From: Nitrospirota bacterium
GTDB lineage: Bacteria; Nitrospirota; UBA9217
Direction of reading: 5' to 3'
Assembly (NCBI GenBank): GCA_963818475.1
Contig: CAWFSF010000002.1
Span: forward strand, 352,001-416,000
Length of the DNA: 64,000 nt
Shown: in pieces, positions 1 to 12,319 of the stretch
How positions within the stretch are numbered: position 1 is the first letter of the stretch
Layout of the letters: each line of letters begins with the position of its first letter
The notes under the pieces: model-generated
Told to the model about the DNA's origin: nothing
The model's input: only the letters and a program-made list of their open reading frames with translations
Database searches by the model: none
Program-made: the position numbers and the translations under genes

Positions 1-601
1 GATCTCGCGGAGGGACTGGGCGCAGAAGTCGATGATCCACTTCATCTCGACGTTGTGGGGATCGATGTTGAGCCGCTTCAGCTTTCGCTTGGCAAGCTGC
101 TCGTCGTTGTAGTTGAACTCATGCTGCATGCGCGAGGTGAGCGCCACCATGGCCAGGTTGTGGGCGTTCATGATGGCGTTGATGTCGCCGGTGAGGCCCA
201 GCGAGAACGGCGTGAGCGGGATGACCTGGGAGAGGCCGCCGCCGGCCGCGGAACCCTTGATGTTCATGGTCGGACCGCCCGAAGGCTGGCGGATCGCGGC
301 GATCACGTTCTTGCCGCGCTTGCCCAGGCCCTGGGTCAGACCGATGGTCGAGGTGGACTTGCCTTCGCCCAGCGGGCGTCGGGCGTGATGGCCGTCACGT
401 CGATGTACTTGCCGTCGGGCTTGTCCTTCAAGCCGCTTCAGCACCTTCTTGAAGTCCACCTTTGCGATATGGTGGCCATGCGGCAGCAGCTCTTCCGTCG
501 TGCAGCCCCATCTTCGCCGCGATCTCGGCGATCGGCTTCATTCGCTTTTCCGATTCTTCTGCGATTTCCCAGTCTGCGTGCTTCGTTGGATCAAGTGCCA
601 T
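1..601 (-). CDS. fhs: formate--tetrahydrofolate ligase (5' part, runs off window; frameshifted)
   Basis: Starts [16 protein letters not shown]. Minus-strand translation continues [48 protein letters not shown], the Fhs N-terminal motifs. Confidence 0.95.
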
Positions 602-695
602 GTCTAAACCTCCTGTAATTTTATGATTCAAGAATCAAATTCAATATTTTTAATATTGAGTGTTTCCTTTTGAATTGACCGCTCTTCAGAGGTCA

Positions 696-1160
696 TTAGT
701 AGCTGATCAGAAGCTTCATGAGCTTTTCGTTCATGGAGTGCACGTTCTTGCTCGCGATGCGCGCGATGGTCTTCATGATCTTGTACATCATCATGCGTGT
801 CGCTTTTTTCGAAGCGCTTTGAAGTCATCGGTCTTGAGCCGGAAGACCTCCGTGCCTTCGATGGCCGTTGCATCGCGCCGTGCATCTTTGTTTTCCTCGA
901 TCACCGACAAGTTCGCCGAAGATGTGGTTTTCCGTCAGGATGGCGAGCGTCTGCTTCCAGCCGTCGGCCGTGATCTTCGAGATCTCCACCTTCCCGCTCT
1001 TGACGAGGTAGATCCCCTTGGTCGGCTCGCCTTCCTTGAAGATCGGCTTCCCCTTGGGATAGCTTCTCGACCGCGATCTTCTGGCGCCATCAATCCCGAG
1101 TTCGGCGTCGGTCAGGTCGCTGAAGAGCATCTGTTTCTTGAGTTCCGATTTGTCGGCCAT
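696..1160 (-). CDS. stand-alone cyclic nucleotide-binding (Crp-type) domain protein, no HTH
   Basis: YPKGKPIFKEGEPTKGIYLVKSGKVEISK..IFGEL cNMP motif. Ends ..IARIASKNVHSMNEKLMKLLISY after frameshifts; about 155 aa. Confidence 0.8.
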
Positions 1161-1256
1161 TGTTGCCTCCTTGCTGAATAACCGCTGATGTTAACTATAC
1201 GATGCGACGCTGTGTCTCTGTATGTTTCGTCCCTGCGTCCATCATCCCTCTGGAGC

Positions 1257-3931
1257 TTACGCCTTCTCGATCCGTACCGCCGAGACCTTGAACGACGGGA
1301 TCTTGGCCATCGGGTCGAGGGACGTGCTGCTCGTGAGCACATTGGCCGCCGCTTCCTTGAAATGGAAGGGGATGAACACCACTCCCTTGGCCGGCCGTTT
1401 TGACACGAGCGTCTTGACGGTTATCGATCCCCGGCGCGAGGTGACCTTCACCTGCGTCCCGTCGCTGACGGACAGCTTCCGGGCATCTCCGGCATTTATC
1501 TCGATATACGCTTCCGGCGACACGGCGTCGATCGGCTTCACCCGCCTGGTCATGCCTCCCGGTATGGTACTGGAACAGGAGCCTGCCCGGTCGTCAGGAT
1601 GAACGGGTACTCCTTGTCCGTCTGTTCAGCCGATGTCTTTATAGTTCACCAGGGTGAACCTGCCCTTGCCGCGCGGGAACCCGCCCTTGAACAGGAACTG
1701 CGTGCCCGGATGGTCCGGCGTGGGACAGGGCCACTGCAGGCCGCCTTCCTCGAGCCTGGCGTAGCTCATGCCGGCGAGCGCCGGCCAGGCCTGGCCGATT
1801 TCCCGGAAGATCTCGACGGTATGGGGATAGGACATCTCGTAGCCCATTCTTTTGGACAGCTCCATGATGATGAGCGAGTCCTTCATGGCCGACCCCGGAG
1901 AGCTGACCGCCCTCCTGACGCGCTGCACGCGGCGTTCGGTGTTCGTGAAGGTGCCGACCTTCTCGGCAAAGGACGAACCGGGCAGCACCACATGGGCAAG
2001 CTCCGCCGTCTCGGTCATGAAGATGTCCTGGACCACGAGCAGCTCAAGCGCCTTGAGCGCCTTGATGGTGTGGTGATGTTCGGGGTCAGAGACCACCGGG
2101 TTCTCGCCCATGATGTAGAGGGCCTTCAGCGTGCCCTTTTCCGCCGCCGGCAGCATCTCCGTTGCGGTCAGGCCTTCCTTGTCCGACAGCTTCGCCTTCC
2201 AGAGGGCCTCGAACTTTTCCCGGATCGCCGGGATGGCGACCCGCTGGTATCCCGGATACATGTTCGGGATGCAGCCCATGTCCGTAGCGCCCTGCACGTT
2301 GTTCTGGCCGCGGAGCGGGTTCACGCCCGCGCTCTCCTTGCCGAGGTTCCCGGTCATGAGCGCCAGGTTGGCGATGGAGAAAACGTTTTCCGTGCCGTGG
2401 GCATGCTGGGTGATCCCCATGGTGTAGTAGATGCCCGCTTTTCCGAGGCGCCGTACATGCGCGCGGCCTTGACGATCTGTGTCCGCGGGCACACCGGTGA
2501 TCTTCGACGCGGCCTCGGGCGTATAGGCTTCGAGATTTTTCCTGAACTCCTCGTCAAAGCCTTCGGTCATGGACGCGATAAAGTCCTGTTTGACCAGGCC
2601 TTCCTTCATGATCACGTGCATCATGCCGTTCAGGAGCGCCACGTCCGTGCCGGGCTTGTGCTGCATCCAGATGTCCGCGAACCGGACCATGCGGCACCCG
2701 CCGCGGGTCGGCAATGATGATCTTTGCGCCTTTCCGCTTTGCCTTGATCATCCTGAGCGCGACGATCGGATGGTTTTCCTTGGTGTTCGAGCCGATGACG
2801 AAGAGCACGTCGTTGTTCTCGATCTCGGCGATCGAGTTCGTCATTGCTCCGGAACCGAATACGGTGGCCAGACCGGCCACAGTCGAGCTATGTCAGAGGC
2901 GCGCGCAGTGATCGACATTGTTCGTGCCGATGCCCGCGCGGATGAATTTCTGGAACAGGTAGTTCTCTTCGTTCGTGCAGCGGGCGGAGGAGAGGCCGCC
3001 GATGGCGTCGGGACCGTGCTTCTCTTTGATGGCGCTCAGCTTCTCGGCGATGTAGCCGAACGCCTCGTCCCAGGACGCGGCGACGAGCTTGCCGTCCTTC
3101 CTGATCAGCGGCGTGGTGAGCCGGTCGGGGCTGTTGATGAAGCTGTATCCGAACCGGCCCTTGACGCAGAGCCAGCCTTCGTTGATCGTGTCCGGCTGCG
3201 ACGTGACGCGCACCACTTCGTTCCTGCTCACATGCAGGGTGAGGTTGCAGCCGCAGCCGCAGTAGGGGCAGATGGTCTCGACCTGCTTCACGTCCTTCTG
3301 CCTGCCCTTGCCGAGCGACTGTTTGCCCATGAGCGCGCCCGTGGGGCAGACGCTGACGCACTGGCCGCAGAACTCGCAATCGAGGTCCTTTTCAAAGGGC
3401 GGGGAGACCTTGGCGCCGAACCCGCGGCTTGCGATATCGATGGCGCCCACGCCCTGGATCTCGTCGCAGACGCGCACGCACTTGCCGCAGAGGATGCACT
3501 TCTCCATGTCGCGCTCGATAAAGGGGTTCATGTCCTTCTTCGTGTACTGGCGGCGCTCGCCGGCAAACCGGTTCGAGCGGATCTCGTAGAAGTAGGCAAG
3601 TTCCTGGAGCGTGCAGTCGCCGGCCCGCTCGCAGACCATGCAGTCGTTCGGATGGTCGGACAGGAGGAGTTCGACGATGGTGCGGCGCTGGCGCTCGATC
3701 TGCTCGTTCGAGGTCTCGACTTCCATGCCCTCGGTCACCGGCGTGGTGCACGCGGTCACCGGCCGGGGCATGCCCTTTACCTGGACGAGGCAGAGCCTGC
3801 AGCCTCCGTGCGGTTCGAGCCGCGGATCGTCGCAGAGCGTCGGGATGTAGATGTCGTTCCGCCGCGCGGCGTCGAGGATCGTCGTCCGTCCGGGACGGTT
3901 ATCTGTTGCCGTTTATTGTCAGTTTCATCAT
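1257..3931 (-). CDS. fdhA: selenocysteine-containing formate dehydrogenase alpha subunit with N-terminal NuoG-like Fe-S domains (frameshifted)
   Basis: [17 protein letters not shown], 2x[4Fe-4S], [49 protein letters not shown], and a C-terminal molydopterin-binding domain ([22 protein letters not shown]). Confidence 0.95.
2864..2895 (-). promoter_or_regulatory. Sec codon (TGA, 2893-2895) and bacterial SECIS stem-loop
   Basis: In-frame TGA at the catalytic Cys/Sec position, followed 12 nt later by GTGGCC-GGTCT-GGCCAC; the GGUCU apex resembles the E. coli fdhF SECIS. Confidence 0.85.
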
Positions 3932-4027
3932 GGTGACTCCGTATACGCTCTGCTGGAACAGGAAAGCGGTTTTGGAGTTTCATTCCGCAATCCGCATTCT
4001 CCCGGACGAGGCATCCGCATTGACGTC

Positions 4028-5811
4028 CTACCCTTTTTTGATCGCCTTGAACTTGCACGTCTCGAAGCAGGCTCCGCACTTGATGCAGATGTCCTGGACG
4101 ATCTTGTGCGGTTTTTTCTTCTCGCCGATGATGGCGCCCGCCGGGCAGACCCGCGTGCAGGCGGTGCAGCCCTTGCAGAACTCTTCGGTGATGCTGTACG
4201 ACAGGAGGTCTTTGCATACACCGGCGGGACAGCGCTTTTCGTAGATGTGCGCCTCGTACTCGTCGCGGTAATACTTGATCGTGGAGAGGACCGGGTTGGG
4301 CGCTGACTGGCCCAGGCCGCAGAGCGACGATGTTTTCACATCGCTGCTGAGCGTTTCGAGCAGGTCGATGTCGCCTTCCCTGCCTTTGCCTTCCGTGATC
4401 CTGGTCAGGATCTCGAGCAGCCTCTTGGTGCCGATCCTGCAGGGAACGCACTTGCCGCAGGATTCGGACTGGGTAAACTGCAGGAAGTACTTGGCGACAT
4501 TCACCATGCAGTCGGTCTCGTCGAGCACCACCATGCCGCCCGAGCCCATGATCGAACCGACCTTGCCGAGCGATTCGTAGTCCAGCGTGGTATCGACGAT
4601 GCTCGCCGGGATGCAGCCGCCGGACGGCCCGCCGGTCTGGACCGCCTTGAGTTTCTTGCCGCCTTCGATGCCGCCGCCGATATCGTAGATCGACCTCCCG
4701 GAGCGGGATGCCCATCGGGACTTCGATGAGCCCGGAGTTCAGGATCTTGCCGGTCAGGGCGAAGACCTTGGTCCCCTTGCTCTTCTCCGTGCCCATGGCC
4801 GCGTACCACGCCGCGCCTTTGCGCATGATGTAGGGAACGTTCGCGAGCGTCTCGACGTTGTTGATGATCGTGGGATATGCCCCAGAGGCCCTTCTGGACC
4901 GGGAAGGGCGGCTTGGCGCGCGGCTGGCCGCGCTTTCCCTCGATCGAACGCGATGAGCGCCGTCTCCTCGCCGCAGACAAAGGCGCCTGCGCCGAGCTTT
5001 ACCTTGATATTGAAATCGAAGCCCTTGCCGAGGATATTCTTGCCGAGGAATCCGCGCTCCTTTGCCTGCTTGATCGCGAGATGGAGCCGTTCCACGGCAA
5101 GCGGGTACTCCGCCCTGATGTAGACATAGCCGTATGGCGCACCGATGGCATAGGCGCCGATGATCATGCCCTCGATCACCGCATGGGGATTTCCTTCGAC
5201 GACCGACCGGTCCATGAACGCGCCCGGGTCTCCTTCGTCGGCATTGCAGATAAGGTACTTTATCGGACCCGGGCGCCTTGATCGCCATGTCCCACTTCAC
5301 ACCCGTGGGGAAGCCCGCGCCGCCGCGGCCCCGGAGACCCGAGGCCTTGATCACGTCGATCGTCTCCTGGGGGCGTCATGGTCATGAGGACCTTCTTGGT
5401 CGCCTCGTACCCGCCGCGGGCGATATAGGAATCGATGTCCTCGGGATCGACTTCGCCGCAGTCGGAAAGCACGACCTTGATCTGCTTGTTATGGAAGGTG
5501 TGGTAGTCGTCCTTCACGAGCCATTCGCCCACCGGCGTGCCGCCGACGATATGCTCGCTCACGATCCGCTCGACCATGTCCGGCTTGATGTACTCGTACG
5601 TGGACTTGCTGCCGTCGACGATCACGTCCACGAGCACGTCACGGGCGCAGAATCCCCGGCAACCGACCTTATGCACCGAGCAGTTCTTCTCTACCGTCGC
5701 CTGGATACGCTCGGCCGCAAAGGCCTTTTCAAAGGAGGCGATCACCTCTACGCCGCCTGCGGCAATGCCGCCCGTGCCCATACAGACTTTTATCGATACG
5801 TCTTTATTCAT
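4028..5811 (-). CDS. nuoF: NuoF/HydB-like NADH/FMN-binding subunit with C-terminal 2x[4Fe-4S] (frameshifted)
   Basis: [86 protein letters not shown]. Confidence 0.92.
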
Positions 5812-5880
5812 GATTACTCCGGAGTGAAACCTTTTGACCGTTGACGCGGTTTGATCTGTTTAAACGGCTTAACTCGTTCT

Positions 5881-6363
5881 TTAAATATAATCGGTGTACT
5901 CTTTCTTCCCCTCTTTGAGGGTCTTCATCTCTTTCATGAGCTTGTCCGGCGTCACCTTGCCGTGCACGGTCTTGTTGACGATGATGACCGGCGCGATGCT
6001 GCAGGCGCCGACGCAGTTCACCTTTTCCACGGTGAACTTGAGGTCTTCCGACGTGTCCTCGCCATCGGGAATACCCAGCTCTTTTACCAGGCTGTTGATC
6101 AGCCGCTCGGACCCCTTGACGTGGCATGCCGTGCCGCAGCAGGCCGTAATAACGTTCTTCCCTCTCGGCTTGAGATGAAACTGTGCGTAGAAGGTCGCTA
6201 TCCCGTAAAACTTCGCCGGCGGAACATCGAGCCGCTCCGAGACCCAGAGGATCGCGTCCTCGCGCAGATAGCCGAATTCGTTCTCAAGGTCCTGCAGGAT
6301 CGAGATCAGATTGCCTTCGTTCTCACGGTACCGCGCGATGATGCCTTCGAGTTTTTTTTCCAT
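5881..6363 (-). CDS. nuoE: NuoE/HydC-like [2Fe-2S] subunit
   Basis: LISILQDLENEFGYL..ATFYAQF..CCGTACHVKG..VNCVGACSIAP; ATG at 6363 with an AAGGAAG RBS. Confidence 0.92.
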   Translation of the reverse strand: MEKKLEGIIARYRENEGNLISILQDLENEFGYLREDAILWVSERLDVPPAKFYGIATFYAQFHLKPRGKNVITACCGTACHVKGSERLINSLVKELGIPDGEDTSEDLKFTVEKVNCVGACSIAPVIIVNKTVHGKVTPDKLMKEMKTLKEGKKEYTDYI

Positions 6364-6479
6364 CGTTCTCTTCCTTTTGAGACAAAAAGGGCCGCCTTGA
6401 TTGTCCCGGCAGCCGCGCAGATGCTCCACGGTCTTGGTGCTGGTGTGTGCTTGGAGAGCACGCTCCCGGCCTTCGACTG

Positions 6480-6508
6480 GTGCGCCCCTGGTTGCGACAG
6501 GGGCGCAC
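6480..6508. repeat. GC-rich stem-loop between acsB and nuoE
   Basis: GTGCGCCCCTG-N7-CAGGGGCGCAC. No U-tract on the transcribed strand, so a processing/stability hairpin is more likely than a terminator. Confidence 0.5.
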
Positions 6509-6532
6509 AAATCTGAAGTCTATCCGTCTTTA

Positions 6533-8740
6533 TCAGAACATCGGGTCCATGGTCAGCGCCGGATGGCCTTTGGCCGTCAGGTACTCCATCATTTTGTCCG
6601 AATCTTCAGCCACGGTCTCGTCGGCGATCTTGTCGAGCAGGTCCGGCATGCCCTCTTCCTCGGCGCGCTTCTTGAACTCCTCGGCAAAGGACTCCTTCAG
6701 GTTCTTGGTCATCCAGACGATGCGCTTGAACCCGCCGTCCGCGGAAAGGAACTTCTTGCTCGTCAGGAAGAACCGGCCGATGCCCATGAAGCCCGGGGTC
6801 TGCGCGCCGCCGCCCACGGTGCCGGCCAGGGTCGAGAACTTCATGCCGATGGGGGTCATGCCGGTGTAGCCGCGGTTCACGATCATCACGCCGTTCGCCT
6901 CGGGCACGATGGCCACGATGCACTCGAAGCAGCCGCAGGAGGTCATCGGCTCGTCCATGATGGTGTAGGCGTTGAAGTACTCCAGCGCCTGGTGCGAGTT
7001 CGTGTACACATACTCGTCGACGCCCTTCCAGCGGCCCTTGACCGCGTCGATGGTCTCGCCCTTCAGCGACCGGCTGGTTCGCGCCGTTCGGGTCGATCTC
7101 GTAGGCCGCCTTGGCATCGAGCCAGTTGTAGGCGCCGCAGAGGCCGAGCCGCTCCGGAGAAACAACGCACACATGGTTCGGCGCGAAGCTCTGGCAGAGG
7201 ATGCAGGAGTAGAACGTATCCACGGACTCGTCGGTCATCGATGGCAAGGCGGATGTCGCGTTCGAGGTAGGCCTTCCGCGCTTCCTCGAGCTTCTCCTTC
7301 ACATCGGCCTCGTCCACATAGAGCGTCACCTGGACCTTGTCGACGATATTGTTGAACTTGTGCTTGAGCTGGGTCGTGAGGATATCGCCGAAATGCTTCA
7401 GCACGATACCCTTCCTTGAGCGCATTGATGCTGACCCGGAACCAGTTCTGATCGCGCTGGCCCATGTGCCAGATGCCCTGCGCTTCGTTGATGAAGTGGT
7501 GGATCTTGCGCTCGAGCACGGGCTCGAAGTCCTTCTGCATCTTGCGGCCGCCCACCTCGACCACGACGCCGAGCGGCATCTGGCCGCCCTTCTGGTACCG
7601 GGCCTCGGCATCGGCGCCGACGATCGTGACCTTGCCGTCTTCGATGCTGTGTCAGGTCTACCATGTGGAGCCACTCGAAGGCCGGCGTGCGCTGACCGCC
7701 GAACTCGATATGCATGTCTTCCTTGCGGATGCGCTCGCCTTCGAAGGCCGGGCCGAAGGCAACCGGGATCGGCGGCTTGGAGACGGTGATCTTGAGGCCG
7801 CGCACTTCGATGCACTTCTCAACGATCTTTTTCGGATCGAGCTCCTTGGCCACTTCTTCGTAGATCGTGACGCCGGTAGGATTGATCACCGGGATGTCGG
7901 TGTTCGCGATGGCCGGGAAGCCCATGTTGATCGCGCCCGCGCCCGTGGTCCAGATGCGGTCGTTCAAGGGACCGAGCACCATGGCAAAGGCGAAGACCTT
8001 GTCCTTGGAGTATTTCAGGATCTTCTGGAAATCGCCGCCCTTCATGCCGCCGAAGGTGATGCCTGCGCGGGCCGCCCAGTTCAGGGCGTAGATGGCATGC
8101 TCCACTTCGGGTCCGAGCGGGACGAGACGCGTGTCCCAGCCGAGCTGCACGCCCTTTCGGAGAAGCTGCTTGGTCATGCTGTCGCCGTTCACATTGCCGC
8201 ACATAAGGGTGAGGATGTTCTTCTGCTGAAGTTCGCGGGCGATCTCGAGCGCGTGATCGTCGTCGTTCGCCGCGCCGATGATGCAGACGTAGCCGGGCAT
8301 GGAGCCGTCCACGAGCTGCACGCCCAGGTTGCGGAGGATCGTGTCGGAGATGAACCCGTTGTAGGTCAGGCCGATGGAGTCGTCCTTCACCGGCTCCTGC
8401 CCGTAGATGTACCGGATCGCCATGATCATTTCCTGGGCAAAGAGGGCGGCCATGCCGGCATCGAGCGCCTCGCCCAGATAGGGCTTGTACAGCTTGGTCA
8501 TCGGGCGCTTCCGTGAGAAGCGGCTTCACCTTCTTGCTCGAGCGCCGTCTTCATGTCGCCCACGGTCCGGACCTCGAAGCCCGTCATGGCGAACATCTGC
8601 GGCAGAAAGTACGCCGTATCGGGGAACTCGAACTTGAAGTCCGCGCCCTTCTCGGTGATGGCCTTCTCGACAAGGGCCTCGGCCTGCTTGACATAGTAGT
8701 GGGAACCCAGAATGGCCCCGGTGGCAATGACTTTTGACAT
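6533..8740 (-). CDS. acsB: acetyl-CoA synthase (bacterial-type ACS beta subunit; frameshifted)
   Basis: FPDTAYFLP, LGVQLVDGSMPG, AFGPAFEGERIRK, FYSCILCQSFAPNHVCVVSPERLGLCGAYNWLDA, PMTSCGCFECI, HPALTMDPMF. Confidence 0.96.
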
Positions 8741-8851
8741 GGTAAACTCCTTTGTAGAATCTGATTTCAGCACGGTAGGAACCGAGGTCGCAGAGGAATT
8801 CAACAGCTGTACTGTCTTACTCACTGTCTCTGTGACTTGACTGTACAGTTA

Positions 8852-10193
8852 TTACGCTCTTGCCTTCAGGAAGGTCGGCAGCTGGTTCGCTTCACGGGGA
8901 CCCACGGTGATCTTCCAGCCCGGCAGCTTCTCTTCCAGCGCGCCGGAGAGGATGGCGACGTAGCCCGGGATGATGAGCTCCTTGTGGCTGATGTTCTTTT
9001 CCACGCCGCTTTCGGTGACGAACTGGGCGATCTTGCTTGCCGTGAACTTGCCGGCGGCCCAGGCCGTGAGCACCGACAAGCCTTCGTTGTCCATGACCGC
9101 GAGCCATGACGGAACCTTGCTGTTCTCGACCTCGCCGCGGACGATGAAGTAGGAGAGCGAGAAGTTGGTGGTGATCATGAGCGGCGAATTTTCCTTGGCA
9201 TCGCCGACCTTGTAGATGTTCTGGGCGACCTGCATCGGGACCTGCGGGTCGGTGTAGATGTTCTGGCGGAGCGACAGCAGCGCGAGCATCTTCCACTTCT
9301 CGACGTTGTTCAGGATGACGATGGAGGCGTACTTCATGGTGCCGACGGCGGCGGCCATGGTCTCGGATACCGAGTTGTCGCGGGTCGCAAACGTGATGAC
9401 CGGATAGCCCAGCGGCTTGAAGTTCTTCTTGATGGCTGCGCGGCGGATGATCGTGAAGTGCTCGATCATGTCCTTGGCCTTGCGTGCGCCGGAATCGAGC
9501 ACCAGGTCGTCCACGCCCAGGGCCTTGACCTTCTCGGAAAGCGCGGTCAGCGCATCGAGCCCGTCAGCGGACAACGGCGAGGGAGGCCTTCTTTTCCTTG
9601 GCGATCTTTGCCATGGCTTCGGCGTTCTCGGCAGTTGCGGCATAGATGAGCGGCTTCTTGTCGGCGCAATGCGCGATGCCTGCCTCGATGGTCGCCGGGG
9701 TCTTGCTCACCAGAATGATCGGCACGCCCGGCGCGCCGTCCACTACCTGCTTCACCACAGCGGCGAACTTCGCTGCATCGCCGCCCTCATCGGTCACGGC
9801 AATGGCGTCAACCCTGAGCTTCTGGCCCACGCGGTCGATCTCGGAGGTCTTGACCGCCTCGATCTTCTTCGCCGCGGCGTCACCGGCCTCGGAGGCCTTG
9901 ATCGCGACGGCGAATACGTTGGGATTGAAGAACTTCTTTTCATGGCGGAACATGCAGATCTCTTCGCCCACCTTCACGGCCTTGTCGCCCACGCCGATCG
10001 AGATGCCCCGGATCGGCGGTGCGGCCGACTCGCCCAGTATCTTCTTGGCGTCCTCGGACGCGTCCGGGCAGGCATCGAGGCTCGCCTGCTTTGCGGCCAG
10101 CTTCATGGCAAAGGCAAGGCAGGTCGGATGCCCGCATTTTTTGCAGTTCGTCTTCGGAAGATGCTTGAATATTTCAACTCCAGAGAGTGCCAT
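8852..10193 (-). CDS. acsC: corrinoid iron-sulfur protein large subunit
   Basis: LPKTNCKKCGHPTCLAFAMKLA..CP, RQNIYTDPQVP, TTNFSLSYF, GLSVLTAWAAGKF; one frameshift near 9570. Confidence 0.96.
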
Positions 10194-10314
10194 TTATTAA
10201 ACTCCTTTCGGATAAATCCGAAGGTTAGAGATTAAGAAGTTGGGAAGGCAAGAAGTGATCCGGAATCATCGCTGTTTCCCCTTCCGTACATTCTCGCCTT
10301 CTTGATGTACTGCT

Positions 10315-11259
10315 TTACCCATCAACTCGGCAATGAGTTCCTTTGCCTTCTGCCGCGGCTCCGGGATGGCGCATGATCAGCATGTCCGCACCTGCCGTGA
10401 TCATGGCCGACGCGGTCACTGCTTCCCATGCCAGGGCGCGGTCTTCGAGACCGCCCCATTCCGGCATTTCAGCGTCAGCCGCCATGGTTTCCTTGACCTT
10501 CCAGACGTTCGCGCCGATGTCGCAGACGATGGGGGTCTGCATCATGGGATCGTTCTGCAGGAGCGCTGCAAGACGGATACGCTCCATCACGCTGTAGGTA
10601 TATTCAAGACCGTACCCGAGGGCCGAGGACATGGGATCCATGATGATCCGCTCCTTGTCGAAGCCCATCTGGGTAAGCAGGATGTTCAGCTGCTTGGCCA
10701 GGTTCACATCGAGCTGGCTCATGGCGATCAGCTTGTGGTCGTTCGCCATGGCTGCGGCCGCGATGGTCTTGTAGTTCTCTTCCACGGCCTTGCCGATGGC
10801 GCAGTTCTTGCCGCGCGTTGCCGCCGCGGCCGCCTGCAGCACCTGCGTGTCCTTTTCCACATGACCGCTGCCGAGAATGATGAGCGGAATGTCGATGGCT
10901 GCCGCAACATCGGCCGCTATCTTGGCCGCTTCCTCGGCGCTCTTGTTCTTCTGGTCCGGATGCGTGCCCATGAGCCGGAGCGCAACCATGTCCGCGCCGC
11001 TCTTCTGGCAGAACTTTGCCCACTGACACGGGATTGGCCGCCTCGCCGCCGAGCGCTTTCTTCAGGGTCTCGGGCCAGTCGTCAGGCGCGATGTCCATGA
11101 CTTCGAGCGCCACGGCGGGCTTGTTCGGGAAGGTGCCTTCGAATCCAAGGAACGGGAGTGCATTCGCACCGCCGATGGTCACGGCCTTTGCGCCGCTGCC
11201 GAGCTGTACATTGATAGATTTTGCCGCTATAGGACTTCTTTCGGTATTACGAGTGCCAT
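10315..11259 (-). CDS. acsD: corrinoid iron-sulfur protein small subunit
   Basis: IGGANALPF..FEG, DVNLAKQLNILL, DPMSSALGYGLEYTYSVMERIRLAAL, LIMRHP; frameshifted. Confidence 0.94.
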
Positions 11260-11449
11260 GAAAACCTCCTCAAAATTGTTACCGCATAGTAACAGAAATT
11301 GCCGGTGTAAAAACAAGTGCAAATACGGCAATCAATCCAGCTCCAAATCTCAGAATAATTTGCAAATTCAAAATATCAATTTCGGAGCATTTGTGATTTG
11401 GTGCTTGGAATTATCTGCTTTGGTGCTGCTATCTGGAATCTCGTCTCGA

Positions 11450-12239
11450 TTACATGTCCAGATACGAATGAGCGTACATCTTCTTGCCCATGATCATCTC
11501 GACGGTCTTGACCGTATCCATCATGTCCTTGTCAAGCGGATCGATGATGGCAGCCGTAAGTCCCTCGTATATGAGCATGGTGAGAAAGTTCCGGTTGATG
11601 ATCGGACGAACATGCTTCGGCGCCCCGTTCGAGATGTTCGAAAGCCCGACCACGGTCTGCATCGGCGGATCGTTCAGCTGCTGGAACATCTTGACGGCAC
11701 GGATCGCCTGCTAGCCCTGGTCCTGCATGGTGCAGAGCTGGAGGATGAGCGGATCGAGGAAGAGGTTCTCCATGGGCACGCCGTTCTCCATGGCGCGAGC
11801 CATGATCTCCGCTGCGATGCCGCAGCGGTCCTCGGCGTCCGCGGGGATGCTGCCCTTGCCCAGGGTGAGCGCGATGATCTTCGCGTTGTACTTGCCGGCG
11901 AGCTCCATCATCGGAAACCGCTCGGGCTCATTGGAGGTGGAGTTGATGATCGGCACGCCCCATTTGTTGTTGTGCGCCTTGAGCCCGGCTTCCATGGCCT
12001 TGATGTTCGTCGTATCGAGGCAGAGCGGCTTTTCCACCACTTCCTGCAGCACCTTCACTGCCCAGTCCATGAGCTGAGGACCGTTCTCTTCGGCAGGACC
12101 GATGGAAATGTCGATAAAATGCGCGCCGGCCTTGTCCTGCGCCACGGCGAGTTCCTGGAGCGGCTTGGGGTCGCTTTTTGCCCAGGGCCTCACGCACCTT
12201 CTTTGCAATAACACTGATCTTTTCTCCGATAATTATCAT
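11450..12239 (-). CDS. acsE: methyl-THF:corrinoid/Fe-S protein methyltransferase
   Basis: MIIIGEKI, LCLDTTN, INSTS, LFLDPL, VGLSNISNG, AIIDPLD, YAHSYL; frameshifted. Confidence 0.93.
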
Positions 12240-12319
12240 GCTCCGATACTTCTCCTTTCAAAGTCTGGATCTAAACCGAAAACTTTTATATCAAATGTAT
12301 TGCATTCCGTGCTCAGCTG

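Noticed and set aside
3777-5354. 525-aa ORF joining NuoF and FdhA pieces
   Set aside because: Mostly out-of-frame sequence linking fragments of two genes through indels.
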